From Nemertoderma westbladi (Eukaryota; Animalia; Xenacoelomorpha), in NCBI GenBank assembly GCA_032718475.1, contig JAUCBJ010000013.1, positions 1-64,000 on the forward strand: DNA of 64,000 nucleotides. Reading direction: 5' to 3'. Below the pieces are notes generated by a model. That model had not been told where the DNA came from and did not search any database. It saw only the letters and a list, made by a program, of their open reading frames with translations. The position numbers and the translations under genes were made by a program. How positions within the stretch are numbered: position 1 is the first letter of the stretch; the number at the start of each line of letters is the position of its first letter. Below are positions 63,268 to 64,000 of this stretch, piece after piece.

Positions 63268-63960
63268 AGTTAGTTAGTTAGTAGGTACGTAGTACCTAGA
63301 GTTAGTTAGTCAGTAGGTACGTAGTACCTAGAGTTAGTTAGTTAGTAGGTACGTAGTACCTAGAGTTAGTTAGTTAGAGGGTACGTAGTACCGATAGTTA
63401 GAGAGTTAGAGGGTACGTAGTACCAATAGTTAGTTAGAGTTAGAGGGTACGTAGTACCGATAGTTAGAGAGTTAGTAGGTACGTAGTACCTAGTTAGAGT
63501 TAGAGGGTACGTAGTACCGATAGTTAGAGAGTTAGAGGGTACGTAGTACCAATAGTTAGTTAGAGTTAGTAGGTACGTAGTACCTAGTTAGAGTTAGAGT
63601 TAGAGGGTACGTAGTACCGATAGTTAGAGAGTTAGAGGGTACGTAGTACCAATAGTTAGTTAGAGTTAGAGGGTACGTAGTACCGATAGTTAGAGAGTTA
63701 GTAGGTACGTAGTACCTAGTTAGAGTTAGAGTTAGAGGGTACGTAGTACCAATAGTTAGTTAGAGTTAGAGGGTACGTAGTACCGATGGTTAGAGAGTTA
63801 GTAGGTACGTAGTACCTAGTTAGAGTTAGAGTTAGAGGGTACGTAGTACCAATAGTTAGTTAGAGTTAGTAGGTACGTAGTACCTAGTTAGAGTTAGAGT
63901 TAGTAGGTACGTGGTACCTAGTTAGAGTTAGAGTTAGGGGGTACGTAGTACCATTAGTTA
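63268..63960. repeat. 28-34 bp minisatellite built on hairpin GGTACGTAGTACC (~20 copies)
   Basis: Repeated GGTAC-GTA-GTACC cores separated by GTTA/GTTAGA-rich linkers. Confidence 0.92.
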
Positions 63961-64000
63961 GAGAGAGAGAGAGAGTGAGAGATAAAAGGGATATATAGGA

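Larger units (their letters stand above)
55623..64000 (+). mobile_element. Second BEL/Pao-derived element (gag-pro only; 3' end outside the window)
   Basis: Candidate TG start at 55623, TATAAA at about 55776 and AATAAA at about 56347, then gag-pro frames. No partner LTR in the window, so boundaries are tentative. Confidence 0.6.

Noticed and set aside
63268-63960. CRISPR-like array or telomere
   Set aside because: Linkers are repetitive, not unique spacers. There are no cas genes and the context is eukaryotic. GTTAGA is not a pure telomeric run.

Overview
Repeat-rich eukaryotic (invertebrate-type metazoan) DNA lying inside a semaphorin-5 gene: three TSP1-coding exons on the + strand (21802-21979, 34896-35078, 55320-55478) are separated by 13-20 kb transposon-filled introns. 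One intron holds a nested antisense peripherin-2/ROM1-type tetraspanin gene with an unusual Gly-rich and SPKK-repeat tail. The first 21.7 kb is a young full-length BEL/Pao LTR retrotransposon with a 3017-aa gag-pol, an extra zinc-knuckle ORF, 1.9 kb LTRs with TA...TA ends and a 5-bp TSD. The most striking signal is that this element and an unrelated non-coding LTR element (50678-54950) both lack a tRNA primer-binding site. In each, the 11 nt directly after the 5' LTR are the perfect complement of an 11-mer inside that element's own LTR, the Tf1-type self-priming signature, and both share a GGAGCGG polypurine tract. The BEL LTR also carries a tRNA-like Pol III box. In the 3' LTR, the A box of this cassette has been hit twice in tandem by a TIR-less 1.94 kb element (Dada-like). 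The rest is self-nested Helitrons, MITEs, a piggyBac derivative, decayed LINEs (RTE, CRE, others) and a gag-pro-only BEL derivative ending in a hairpin minisatellite. All calls come from reading the sequence; no searches were run.
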